64,000 nucleotides of DNA from an uncultured Pirellulaceae bacterium (GTDB lineage: Bacteria; Planctomycetota; Planctomycetia; Pirellulales; Pirellulaceae), in contig CALHZT010000202.1 of the NCBI GenBank assembly GCA_938040995.1, positions 7,133 to 71,132 on the forward strand. The letters run 5' to 3'. Below, in pieces: positions 1 to 8,912 of this stretch. A program made the position numbers and the translations under genes. Within the stretch, counting starts at the first letter, position 1. Each line of letters starts with the position of its first letter. The notes under the pieces are model-generated. The model was not told the origin of the DNA. It saw only the letters and a list, made by a program, of their open reading frames with translations, and ran no database searches.

Positions 1-1
1 T

Positions 2-445
2 ACGCTCAACAAGTACCTGAACTTTGGTGGAGCGAATTCCGGATTCATCGTGACTCCTGGCGAAACGAATCCGCTGGGCGGCTTCCGAATCACAACGGCA
101 AATGATGCACCGGAACGTACCCCTTCGGAATACGAAGTTTATGGAACCAACGATGCGATCGTCAGCGCGGACAATGGCAATGGACTTGATGAAAACTGGG
201 TCTTGCTTGACTCAGGCTCTCTCTCGCTTCCCGCCACGCCAGACACCATGGGATCGATCGTTGCTGTGGATAATACCGACACCTACACGTCATACAAACT
301 GGTCTTTACTGATCTGGTCGATGCGGGTGCAGCAAACAGCATGCAGCTCGCCGAAGTCGAGTTCTTTGCGGTTCCGGAACCGGGGTCGGCAGGGGCATTG
401 CTGCTGGGCGGAATGATTTTGGGAATGTTCCGTCGTCGCAGATAA
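2..445 (+). CDS. PEP-CTERM-anchored secreted protein, C-terminal fragment (5' end lies outside the window)
   Basis: Frame 2 is open from the first bases of the window (TLNKYLNFGGANSGFIV...), so the listed GTG at 50 is probably internal. The C-terminus VPEPGSAGALLLGGMILGMFRRRR has a VPEP motif, a hydrophobic helix and an Arg cluster, which together form the PEP-CTERM sorting signal. Confidence 0.8.
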   Translation, partial: TLNKYLNFGGANSGFIVTPGETNPLGGFRITTANDAPERTPSEYEVYGTNDAIVSADNGNGLDENWVLLDSGSLSLPATPDTMGSIVAVDNTDTYTSYKLVFTDLVDAGAANSMQLAEVEFFAVPEPGSAGALLLGGMILGMFRRRR

Positions 446-463
446 GCGATGGTGAAAAACTCT

Positions 464-497
464 CAGGCCGGGCATCGACGATGTTCGGCCTTTTTTT
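464..497 (+). terminator. Rho-independent terminator candidate
   Basis: The stem aggccg (465-470) pairs with cggcct (486-491) and runs into a T7 tract (491-497). It starts about 20 nt after the stop codon at 445. Confidence 0.7.
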
Positions 498-679
498 GAT
501 TGCCCAGGGAAGCTGGCAAACCCAGTCGAGATACGAAAAACGGCACCGGGTCTGACCAGGTATCTTGAAATCAGTCGAATGGAATATCTTTTTGCCTGGT
601 ATCCGATGTTCGCGTAAATGCATTTACGGCGGGGATCAACGGCTTTCTACTGACTTGGCAAGGGACACTGCAGGTGAAC

Positions 680-1099
680 CTACGGGGCGTGTGGGAACTC
701 GCGTATTGAGAAGGTATAGAACGTCTCGTCGGTTGGAACGACGAGCATGACTTGCCATTGCATAGATCCGTCATCGTCGGTTGATTCGATAAATTTGAGA
801 TAGCTGCCGCGAGGGAGCCTCTCGGCATCGATAAGGTACTTGAACTCTTCCTGAAGATTGCCGTTGCTGACAAACCGCAGCATGCCGAGTATTTCGCCTT
901 TGCTAATTGGGTCTTCATCCAGTTCAATCAGCTTTTCACGCGTTGCGACGTTGAAGTCGCTGACGACACTACCGACGGGTACCGATGTGCCGAAACGTCC
1001 CTTGCGGAAAATCCCGAGGGCGATGCAGGCGAGAGAGACGACGATTAGAAGCAGTTGAATATTAAATCGCGGTCGAATATTAAATCGCGGTCGAATCAT
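680..1099 (-). CDS. hypothetical N-terminally membrane-anchored protein
   Basis: The ORF begins at ATG 1099; the listed start at 1105 is GTG. The N-terminus MIRPRFNIRPRFNIQLLLIVVSLACIALGIF is a basic stretch plus one TM helix. I recognise no domain. Confidence 0.55.
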   Translation of the reverse strand: MIRPRFNIRPRFNIQLLLIVVSLACIALGIFRKGRFGTSVPVGSVVSDFNVATREKLIELDEDPISKGEILGMLRFVSNGNLQEEFKYLIDAERLPRGSYLKFIESTDDDGSMQWQVMLVVPTDETFYTFSIREFPHAP

Positions 1100-1136
1100 C
1101 GCCACTCTTGCTGACCGAGAGGAAATGGCACTTGGT

Positions 1137-2252
1137 TTAACTAAAGCACTCTTCGACAGCGAAACGGATGATCTTTCTCAGGCATTCGTCGTCGAGCGGA
1201 GGTTGCGGAATCGTATCTGCCAAGGCCGCGTTCGTGTTCGTTTTGTCAAACGTTGGCTCGTCGCCCCAGAATACCTCGAACTGAGTGGCGTAGTCGAAAA
1301 AGAGCTTTTCGAACTCCGTGCGCTCCTCTTCCGGAATCGTTTCGCCGATGCACACAATTCCTTCATAGTCAAAATACTTCCCCATGGCCTCAACAATTCG
1401 GGACGAGGTCGTGGCTTCGGAGGGAGTCAAGTGGTAGGTGTCGCCGTGCAATTCTGGCGTCGTAATGATGTGAGTCATCGCGTCAGCGACCCAATCCACC
1501 GTGATCAAGTTTCGCGGCTCGGTTCCTACGAACGGTAACCGAATGTTTAGCTTGACCGTTCCCTCGGCACCGCCTGATCGGGCCATCTTCATGACTTGCG
1601 TGGTGAACTGGATGTAGTGGTACAGTCCGAAATCAGGAGCCGTCGTTGAACCGTCTCGCGAATCACCGACGACAATGCCTGGGCGGATCACTGTCAGCGA
1701 CTTGATGTGTTCGGCGCCACGAGTCATCTGTTCGGCTTCGAACTTGGAGCGTTGATAGTCGTTCGCAAAGTCCTGATTCTCATCCAGTTCCGTTTCGAGA
1801 CAAACGCCTTCACGTAAACCGGTTATATAAGCCGTTGAAACGTGGAAGACCTGTTCGATCTCGGCGAACTTGCACAAGTCGAGCATGTGCTGTGTTCCGT
1901 TCACGTTACTCAGATACGGATCCTTGGTGCGATCATTGTCCGGAGCATGGAACCGAATCGAGGCGGCGTTGTGTATGACGGCTTTGCAGTTGGCTTCGAA
2001 CCAGTCGAGTGCGTTGTCGTCGAGGCCGAGCATTTCCTGCGTGATGTCGCCAGTGAAAACGATCGGTTTCGGAAGCTCACGCCCTTCGGCTGCTTCGAAC
2101 TGTTTCACCAACTCCATCACGCGGTCCGCAGCCGTCATGTCACCCTTGGCTCGGGCGATGCAAACGACGGGAACATCCTTGGCCAGCAGGCGTCGCAAGA
2201 CATATTGGCCAATGAAACCGGTAGCGCCGGTAAGGAGAGTGTACTTCTTCAT
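1137..2252 (-). CDS. SDR-family NAD(P)-binding protein, thioester-reductase / fatty-acyl reductase-like (NAD_binding_4 type)
   Basis: The N-terminus MKKYTLLTGATGFIGQYVLRRLL carries the TGxxGxxG Rossmann motif. The internal STAYITG and YQRSKFEAE match the SDR catalytic YxxxK. ATG is at 2252; the listed 2255 is TTG. Confidence 0.75.
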   Translation of the reverse strand: MKKYTLLTGATGFIGQYVLRRLLAKDVPVVCIARAKGDMTAADRVMELVKQFEAAEGRELPKPIVFTGDITQEMLGLDDNALDWFEANCKAVIHNAASIRFHAPDNDRTKDPYLSNVNGTQHMLDLCKFAEIEQVFHVSTAYITGLREGVCLETELDENQDFANDYQRSKFEAEQMTRGAEHIKSLTVIRPGIVVGDSRDGSTTAPDFGLYHYIQFTTQVMKMARSGGAEGTVKLNIRLPFVGTEPRNLITVDWVADAMTHIITTPELHGDTYHLTPSEATTSSRIVEAMGKYFDYEGIVCIGETIPEEERTEFEKLFFDYATQFEVFWGDEPTFDKTNTNAALADTIPQPPLDDECLRKIIRFAVEECFS

Positions 2253-2371
2253 CAAGTTTCAGTCCGTGGCAGTCAGCAATCCGTTAGGGGCACGATTTGC
2301 CCAGTAATAATAGGCTAGAGGGGGCAGGGCGGCAGGGCAATACCAGATGAGTTGCGATGCCTCTCAGTCGA

Positions 2372-2706
2372 AGGTTTAGGATCGCTCGATCAACTAGAGC
2401 TTTGTTCAATTTGGTGTAGCGTCGCAAAACCAGAATATCCCTCGCTCACGCAGCGGGTTCGAATTCAGGACGCTACACCAATTGGAAAACCGCTCTAGTG
2501 CCGAATCTCCGTTCATGATGACTCAATTGACGGCCTATGGCGCCTATTGCCGTCTTCCCCGCGAACGCGGGTACACACTCGAAGCGTATTAACGCTCAAT
2601 GCCTTTCCCTGCATCAAAAAGCCAATTCGATTCAATGGATTCCCGCCTGCGCGGGAAAGACGGAGGAAGATCAGGCAGTAATTTCACGAACGATCCTTAG
2701 CTTAGC
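2372..2706 (+). mobile_element. MITE-like repeat family R1, copy 1 (carries a nested insertion)
   Basis: The terminal inverted repeat is taggatcgctcga ... tcacgaacgatccttagc. The internal inverted repeat is ccgtcttccccgcgaacgcggg / cccgcctgcgcgggaaagacgg. Near-identical copies lie at 58368..58592 (same orientation) and 43714..43890 (reverse, truncated). Confidence 0.8.
2394..2498. mobile_element. Hairpin element family R4, nested inside R1 copy 1
   Basis: A 105-bp segment is bounded by ctagagc ... gctctag. It contains the stem ggtgtagcgtc (2413-2423) / gacgctacacc (2469-2479). It is absent from the otherwise collinear R1 copy at 58368..58592. The same stem recurs at 28186..28242. Confidence 0.7.
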
Positions 2707-2745
2707 AGCTTCACTTGATTGGAAGTTGGGGCATCGTCCTGAGAA

Positions 2746-5574
2746 TTATTCTGCGCTGCTGTCCTTGTTGCCTGGGAAAAGGCCTTTTGAGAAAGGCAGC
2801 TTGTCAAAGAGCGATTTCTTCTTGTCACTCTTCATCGCTTCGTCGCTGGATTCTGGACCTTTCTCTTCCTCAAACTCGACCATCAAATCTGCATGCAGTT
2901 CAAGCCCCTCACCGCTGACCAGCAGGCGGGCATCGAGTCCATGAAACCACTTCAGAAGCGCCGGCGAATACGACTGCACGTCGACGAGTGATAACTGATC
3001 ACCCCAGGAAGTGCTTCGCCAATGCTCACAATCGCCTTGCATGGCCAGCTGATATTCGCCGTCGAGCGGGCAGACAGGCGTCATGTTCACCAACCGCTTT
3101 GTCAGCTCGGGACCGTCGGCAACAGGTAGGCCGAGTAGCGAAGTCCACTGATGGAACACTTGTGCGTTTCGCAAGGAACCTTCTGTGGCTCGAACAGCCG
3201 CGATGCCTTTCACAGCCTCGGTGAGCGAGCAGTCGCCGAGTTCCTTGACCGTCAGCCAGAGTTGACCAGGGTTCTTCGTCGGTTTTGTCTCAATGGTTGG
3301 CGGCAAGTCGTTTAAGAGGTTGTCATCCCACACGATCGCTCCGTAGTTGTCCAAAGGCCGACCGATCAGTCCCAGCGGGCCGTAAAAATTTTCATCATTG
3401 GGATTTGCCGGGTCGCGCCTCCACCAACGTCGATCAAATGCGGCGTTGGCCGGCTGGACGACGGTTGTGACAGGTAACTGTTTTGCCAGCCGCAATAGCT
3501 CCAACAATTTTGTGCTGAAGATGGGCGGGATGTGTTCGCCATCTGCCACCGACAATCGCACATGCGAATCGGCATTTGTTGCCGTCCAGCTCCGGTTCAC
3601 AATCGCTTCGGCACTGATGACGGCATCTTCCGGCGTATCGAATCGTCTCGCGCGACTCTCGCCGAGAAGTCCCATCAGGATTGTTGCATTGCTTCGCTGC
3701 AGTGGTGCCACGCGCGCATCGACAATCAATCGTTCGCTCTTCGTGCCGTTGGGGCGATTGGGGACTTTTTCGCGGCGAATCCGGGCGATGACTGGATCAA
3801 TCGCCGCCCAGTTACCAACGTGATGATTCGCGAATCGCGACCACATCTGATCTTCCTTCGGCGAAAGGAAGTTCACCGGGACGTCGGCGATCGGCAAGAA
3901 CGTTCCAACGGCGCCGCGTAAACTGTCGACGGCGGAGCCGCCTTGCCACATTGGTCGGGATCCGTCACTTCGCAAGCCAAAATTCGGTGGCAACATTTGC
4001 CGCGCCTTCAGATCCGCGACCATATCGCCAGAACTGATGGCAGCGACGGGTGATCCGGCGGCGGCCTGGGCGGCCATGACCGCCTTGTCAGCAGCCACGG
4101 CGACTTCGAGTGTGGTCAGTTCGGCTCGAGCCCGCATTCGGCGCATCAATTCAGTCACATAAGCCGGCTCGGTAAGCGACTTGAGAAAGTCGGTAGAAAC
4201 GTAGGCAAAAACGTAGTCCTTCTTCTCAGGCGGCATCAACCATCGTGCGTATTGAAACTCCGGCAACTCCGCCAGAGTATCCTGCGACTTGTTCAGCGAA
4301 TTCGTTCCGAGGAACTGTCGGACCATCGTTTCCGAATTGGAGATGAAGTGATACCCGTCGTCTTCGACGTGGAATGATCGTAGTTCAAAGCCCGGTGTCG
4401 ATAGCAGCGAGACGTCATGGTCAGCAATCGTTCGCGTTTCGAGCGTTGCACCCTGCTCCTTCCATTTCTTCAAGGCGTCACGACGGAGATTCTTCAAGCC
4501 GCTGGCCAATAGCTTGCTGTCGGACTTGAGGATGACGCCGAATGCCGGCCCGTCGATCAGGAAGATGTCACGGCCGACGAGGGCGACGTCGGAGATGAGC
4601 TGATTGCCGATCAGTTCAGCGAATGGCAGCTTTTGAATGTTCAGCTGGCGCTGAACTTTCGCCGATGAGTCGCCCCGAAAGCCACGAAGCGTGATCAGCC
4701 GGCTGAGTTCTTCGCCATGTTCTTCGAGCAGCCGGGTTGCCCAGAGCATGTTGGTGTATCTGCCGAAGCGGATATAAAAACAGTTGGACGGCACGCGTTC
4801 TGCGATCGGCTCGATCTCCACATCGCCAAGCGGCTTTGCTGGCGTGGTTGACCATCGAATAGGTTCTGGGATCGGTAAAGCTGCCGGGGTGGCAGGATTG
4901 CGGTCGAAAGCGACGGCTCGCAACATGTCCGCACGCAATCGACTGGTGCCAAGAATGATCTCATCCATTTGGCCGATAGTCGTTGGGCGATCTACCGGAT
5001 GCCTGTTGATTCCCAACCGCCACAAACCCATTCCCGCCAGGTATGACTCGACTGGTCGGGGGCGACTGCTGTCACGAAGCCGGTCGCCGAGTGGACCCCA
5101 GATGTGCTTCCACCATTTGCGCGATAACCGGGCGTGTTTTGCCGGTCGATGCGGTTCGGGAGTGATCAGAATCTTCTCGCCAGATCCGCCGATGGTAACT
5201 TCAAAAGGCGTCGAACCCGTAAACAGGAAACAAATTCCCGTTCGCTTGGGGGCTTGCGGCAGGTTGCCGTCCATTTGCGACGACAGCCGCCGGAGCAGCC
5301 CCGGATGTTCGAGGATTGGAAAGAGAATTCGGTCAGTCGTCGGGTGGATGCCCGTCGCGCGACACTGCCACGATTCGTTTCCATTGGACTCTACGGGAAA
5401 TGAAATTTCGCACACGCCAAATGGCTCGCCAGCGACAGCCTGAACACGTGCTCCAGCGGCGGAAGCGAACTGCGGAAGTACCGCGCAGATCGCTATCGCC
5501 AAGAGGGCCAAAATCGTCAACGGGATTTGTTTTGGCATGCGAAGGAATCGACGGCAGGCAATGCGAGTTGGCAT
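2746..5574 (-). CDS. hypothetical secreted protein (942 aa ORFan)
   Basis: This is a long uninterrupted ORF. A Sec-type signal follows the alternative ATG at 5538 (MPKQIPLTILALLAIAICAVLPQFASAAG). I recognise no domain. It is co-directional with the GT39 gene upstream. Confidence 0.8.
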   Translation of the reverse strand: MPTRIACRRFLRMPKQIPLTILALLAIAICAVLPQFASAAGARVQAVAGEPFGVCEISFPVESNGNESWQCRATGIHPTTDRILFPILEHPGLLRRLSSQMDGNLPQAPKRTGICFLFTGSTPFEVTIGGSGEKILITPEPHRPAKHARLSRKWWKHIWGPLGDRLRDSSRPRPVESYLAGMGLWRLGINRHPVDRPTTIGQMDEIILGTSRLRADMLRAVAFDRNPATPAALPIPEPIRWSTTPAKPLGDVEIEPIAERVPSNCFYIRFGRYTNMLWATRLLEEHGEELSRLITLRGFRGDSSAKVQRQLNIQKLPFAELIGNQLISDVALVGRDIFLIDGPAFGVILKSDSKLLASGLKNLRRDALKKWKEQGATLETRTIADHDVSLLSTPGFELRSFHVEDDGYHFISNSETMVRQFLGTNSLNKSQDTLAELPEFQYARWLMPPEKKDYVFAYVSTDFLKSLTEPAYVTELMRRMRARAELTTLEVAVAADKAVMAAQAAAGSPVAAISSGDMVADLKARQMLPPNFGLRSDGSRPMWQGGSAVDSLRGAVGTFLPIADVPVNFLSPKEDQMWSRFANHHVGNWAAIDPVIARIRREKVPNRPNGTKSERLIVDARVAPLQRSNATILMGLLGESRARRFDTPEDAVISAEAIVNRSWTATNADSHVRLSVADGEHIPPIFSTKLLELLRLAKQLPVTTVVQPANAAFDRRWWRRDPANPNDENFYGPLGLIGRPLDNYGAIVWDDNLLNDLPPTIETKPTKNPGQLWLTVKELGDCSLTEAVKGIAAVRATEGSLRNAQVFHQWTSLLGLPVADGPELTKRLVNMTPVCPLDGEYQLAMQGDCEHWRSTSWGDQLSLVDVQSYSPALLKWFHGLDARLLVSGEGLELHADLMVEFEEEKGPESSDEAMKSDKKKSLFDKLPFSKGLFPGNKDSSAE

Positions 5575-5678
5575 GTCTTAAATGTGGTGGAACCAACGTG
5601 AAGGAAACGAGCGAAGCAACGGATAGAGACTGATGCCTGTGTTCAGCGGGAAAGTCGGCACCGGTTGTGGCAGGGCTC

Positions 5679-7688
5679 TTATTCTAGCGAATCTTTCGTT
5701 TTGCGAGCAGTCCTCTCCGCAGTGCGTTTGGCGTCCTGATTGGCAGCAATTGGATTGGCAGCGATTGGATTGGCAGCGATTGGATTGGCGGCTTTGACAA
5801 GGCAAAGCTGATCCTTGCGAAGGAAATACTTGCATTCGTCGACGACGACACATCCTGCCGACAGGTTGGGGTCGCTCAGAGCCGAACGCGGAACGATCAT
5901 GCGGGCGTGTTCGGAACGTGCAAGAAATGAAAGAGCTTCCGGAGTTGCATCTTTTGCGAAGTGTTTTACCGCCGACCCGGAATAGAACACCCATGATGGC
6001 TCAAGCCGGTCAAAGCAGGCGAGTTCCATATTGTTAGTACCTGCCGACAGTTTATTTGGCAGGATGTTGGCATACTCCTGCCGCTCGCTAATGGCCTGCG
6101 TCGCAAACCCGTGTAATGCGACCACAAAAGCGATCGCTGCGACGCCGTAGGCAAATGTCGAAAAACGAAAATCTCTTTGGTATCTCCTCCACAATCCAAC
6201 CGCACCGCCGATCGCCGGAATGCCGCCGATCGCCGCCAGCCAAATGGCGACTGGTTCATTGGGAAATGTGTCTCGCAAGGCGATTGCCAATCCGACGATC
6301 ATCGCGAGCCCGCCGACAGATCCGATCGTCAGACCGGCTGTCCACCATCGCGTAGGCACGCGTTTGGGTAAGTCTTCTGCGACTTGTGCAACATAAGCCG
6401 CCATCAGGATTGCGATCGCCGGATAGCACGGCGCAATGTAGCTGGGCAATTTCGTTTGAGCGAGCGAAAAGACGCCGACGTAAACGGCGATCCAGCAGGT
6501 CATCAGGATCGTTAAGTCGCGTTGCCCTTCATTGATATCGTTTGTTCGCTTGTTGATCGTCGAATTAGTCGTGAGAATTGTTGGGATCGTAAAAACAGAC
6601 CATGGAAAGCAACAAACAAGAATCGCGACTGGATAGTAAAACAGTGGCGATCCACCATGCCCTTCCATCGACCGTGTCGCACGTCCAAGGTTATGTTCGC
6701 CGAAGAACTCCATCAGCCACAAGCCATCCGTGCGCCAGCCGACCCACGCGTACCATGGTCCCGCAATAAGCAACGCAATCGAAATCGCCGTAACCGGACG
6801 CATTGCCCAGCACGTTTCAAGGAAGTGGCGTGGATGAAACGCGGGCATCACTTGCAGCAGTCGATGGCGCTTCTTGAGGTGCACGCGTTTTTCGCGCTCT
6901 TTAATTTCGGCTGACGGCAGTCGTTTGATCAGGCAGAACAAACCGATGACTGCCGTGGGTAACACAAGTCCGACTGGGCCTTTTGCGAGTACGGCAAGTC
7001 CCATCATGGCGTAGATGACGAGTGATTGGCGAAAGCCGGGAAATTGGAATGATGAGCCAGTGTCGCGATTCGCAGCCGACTGAAAATGGGCGAATGCAAC
7101 GATGGCGGCAGTGGTAAAGAAGATCAGCGTTGAATCCGGAGTCGCCGCGCGAGCGACCACTGGAAACATCACGAAGGTTGACAGGATGATGCCTGACCAT
7201 AGTGCAACTTTGGGATTGAATTGTCGCCGGGCGATCCACCACGTAAGCCATACGGTTCCAATCGCGAGCAGTGCTGATGGGAGCCTGGCCGAAAATTCAG
7301 AAACACCGAATGTTGAGTAGCTTGCCATCATCAACCAGTACAGAAGAACTGGTTTGTGCGTGCGGATTTCGTCGTTGAACCAGGGGACGACCCAGTCGGA
7401 TCGTTCCAGCATCTCGCGGGCGCAACCCGCGTTTCGCGGCTCATCACGATCCCACAGCTTGGCGCCTCCAAGATTGGTCAGGAGCACGAGGCTCGCGATA
7501 CCGATGATTAGCAGCGCGTGTTGGGAGCGAATGAATGGCAACGGCGACTTCCTTGTAACGCCTGGCGATGGAGTGGAATTTCGAAGCGGAATTCCATATT
7601 CGACTATCGTGGCCGATCTGCCCGATTCGGTAAATATGAATGCTGGGAGCAGCTGTGCGTAGTGAAAAACAGCGCAATGCAGCACCAC
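5679..7688 (-). CDS. GT39 / ArnT-PMT_2 family membrane glycosyltransferase
   Basis: The protein is polytopic. The N-terminal loop motif LWDRDEPRNAGCAREMLERSDWVVPWFNDEIRTHKPVLLYWLM is typical of the ArnT/PMT family. The listed start is GTG and the true start is uncertain. The C-terminal tail is (ANPIA)n. Confidence 0.8.
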   Translation of the reverse strand: MVLHCAVFHYAQLLPAFIFTESGRSATIVEYGIPLRNSTPSPGVTRKSPLPFIRSQHALLIIGIASLVLLTNLGGAKLWDRDEPRNAGCAREMLERSDWVVPWFNDEIRTHKPVLLYWLMMASYSTFGVSEFSARLPSALLAIGTVWLTWWIARRQFNPKVALWSGIILSTFVMFPVVARAATPDSTLIFFTTAAIVAFAHFQSAANRDTGSSFQFPGFRQSLVIYAMMGLAVLAKGPVGLVLPTAVIGLFCLIKRLPSAEIKEREKRVHLKKRHRLLQVMPAFHPRHFLETCWAMRPVTAISIALLIAGPWYAWVGWRTDGLWLMEFFGEHNLGRATRSMEGHGGSPLFYYPVAILVCCFPWSVFTIPTILTTNSTINKRTNDINEGQRDLTILMTCWIAVYVGVFSLAQTKLPSYIAPCYPAIAILMAAYVAQVAEDLPKRVPTRWWTAGLTIGSVGGLAMIVGLAIALRDTFPNEPVAIWLAAIGGIPAIGGAVGLWRRYQRDFRFSTFAYGVAAIAFVVALHGFATQAISERQEYANILPNKLSAGTNNMELACFDRLEPSWVFYSGSAVKHFAKDATPEALSFLARSEHARMIVPRSALSDPNLSAGCVVVDECKYFLRKDQLCLVKAANPIAANPIAANPIAANQDAKRTAERTARKTKDSLE

Positions 7689-7736
7689 TTATCACAAAAG
7701 CCGCGTTGGAATCGCAAGATCAGGCAGAGATCCGCG

Positions 7737-8627
7737 TTAATTATCAGACGCGCTCGAAGAGCCGGGAGGCTGGGGCCGGAGAGCTTTCGCAAAGTTGGCG
7801 AATTCAACCATGTTATTGCAGAAGGCAGTTGCCTGCATCTGTTGGCGGATCTCATCGTTGAGGGCTCGTCCACCAACCGCCACCGCTGCGTACTGGGACG
7901 CCTTCTCGTAGAATTTTTCATACTCTCCTATGAAGCGTTTTGTGTCGCTGATCTTGGAAAGGCTCAGCCACATGATGCGTGGCCTTTTGTCGCAAACAGC
8001 CAAAGCGAGACTCTCCAGAGGCACGTTTGATCCAAGGGAAGTCGCGTGAAATCCCACCTCGTGGAGTACGCTTTCAGCCATCAATGTTGGAATTGTGTAG
8101 GGGTCGCCTTCGATCGAACCACCGATCGCGAGCGGAGCACTATGGATGGGCCGCGGCATTGTTTGTTGCAATCGGTAGAACGTCCTTGAGATCAGGTTCG
8201 TCCCGAGTCGTTCCTGGTAGACACTCACCTCGCCCGTTTGCCATTCTTCGCCAATGCCGTGCAAGACGGGCGTTATGACTTTGTCGCAGATTTTCGCAAT
8301 CGTAATTCCAGAGAGGAACAAATCAAAAATGATTTGATTTATCGCGTCCCCGTTGCCTGCCGTAATCGCGGAGTGCAGTTCAGATTGCCCGCGATCGAGG
8401 CACCATTTGCCCTTCCCTGAGTTCGCTGGCAATCCAAGCGATTCCGGGTTTTGCAGCTCGAGATCGCCGGATCGAACCAACTGGACGATGTCAGTCAGTC
8501 GCAGCCTCCGATGGTTTCCTGCCGTGCGAATCGACGGAATCTTCTCCGCGTCGCACCAGCGTTTCAGCGAAGATTCGCTGATTCCAATCGCCTTTGCGAC
8601 TTGTTTTGTAGTGAGAAGTTGTGGCAT
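7737..8627 (-). CDS. MerR/excisionase-type HTH regulator with a C-terminal B12-binding-like domain
   Basis: MPQLLTTKQVAKAIGISESSLKRWCD is the HTH. The C-terminal PLAIGGSIEGDPYTIPTLMAESVLHEVGFHATSLGSNVPLESL...IMWLSLS resembles the Rossmann-like cobalamin-binding domain. ATG is at 8627; the listed 8636 is TTG. Confidence 0.7.
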   Translation of the reverse strand: MPQLLTTKQVAKAIGISESSLKRWCDAEKIPSIRTAGNHRRLRLTDIVQLVRSGDLELQNPESLGLPANSGKGKWCLDRGQSELHSAITAGNGDAINQIIFDLFLSGITIAKICDKVITPVLHGIGEEWQTGEVSVYQERLGTNLISRTFYRLQQTMPRPIHSAPLAIGGSIEGDPYTIPTLMAESVLHEVGFHATSLGSNVPLESLALAVCDKRPRIMWLSLSKISDTKRFIGEYEKFYEKASQYAAVAVGGRALNDEIRQQMQATAFCNNMVEFANFAKALRPQPPGSSSASDN

Positions 8628-8912
8628 ATCGGCCAATTTTCAGGCGACTACGGGTTGTGGATTTGTGTCTTGGTGGACGTTTCGGTCGAATATGGTTGGC
8701 GATCCGCTTGAAGCGTTACTTAGTTATAGTATCGCCTGTCTTTGGAGCGGCCACGTAAATTAGAGCAATTTTTGCTGTTATTTTAGGGTATTCTGGTTGG
8801 GGGTTATGAATCGGCACCGAGGTCGGTTTGACACTTGCGAATCCGCAGTGGTCGATGTACGATGTGAGCGGATTGAACGAATTTGATCGAAGGCTGAGCG
8901 AAGGGAATTGGT

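Noticed and set aside
2537-2944. ORFs reading through repeat elements (2537..2944, 43616..43873 and 43738..44022 across R1; 27030..27590, 27209..27613 and 27310..27606 across the R3 array; 33539..34207 and 36538..36822 across R5)
   Set aside because: The conserved 'protein' segments (for example FPANAGTHSKRINAQCLSLHQK) are just translations of the nucleotide repeats in whichever frame is open. Copies occur in both orientations and are truncated at element borders.
5578-5994. An ORF with an SNRCQSNRCQSNCCQS repeat overlapping the 3' end of the GT39 gene
   Set aside because: It is the alternative-frame reading of the same 15-bp tandem repeat that encodes (ANPIA)n in the GT39 frame. The GT39 frame is supported by family motifs.
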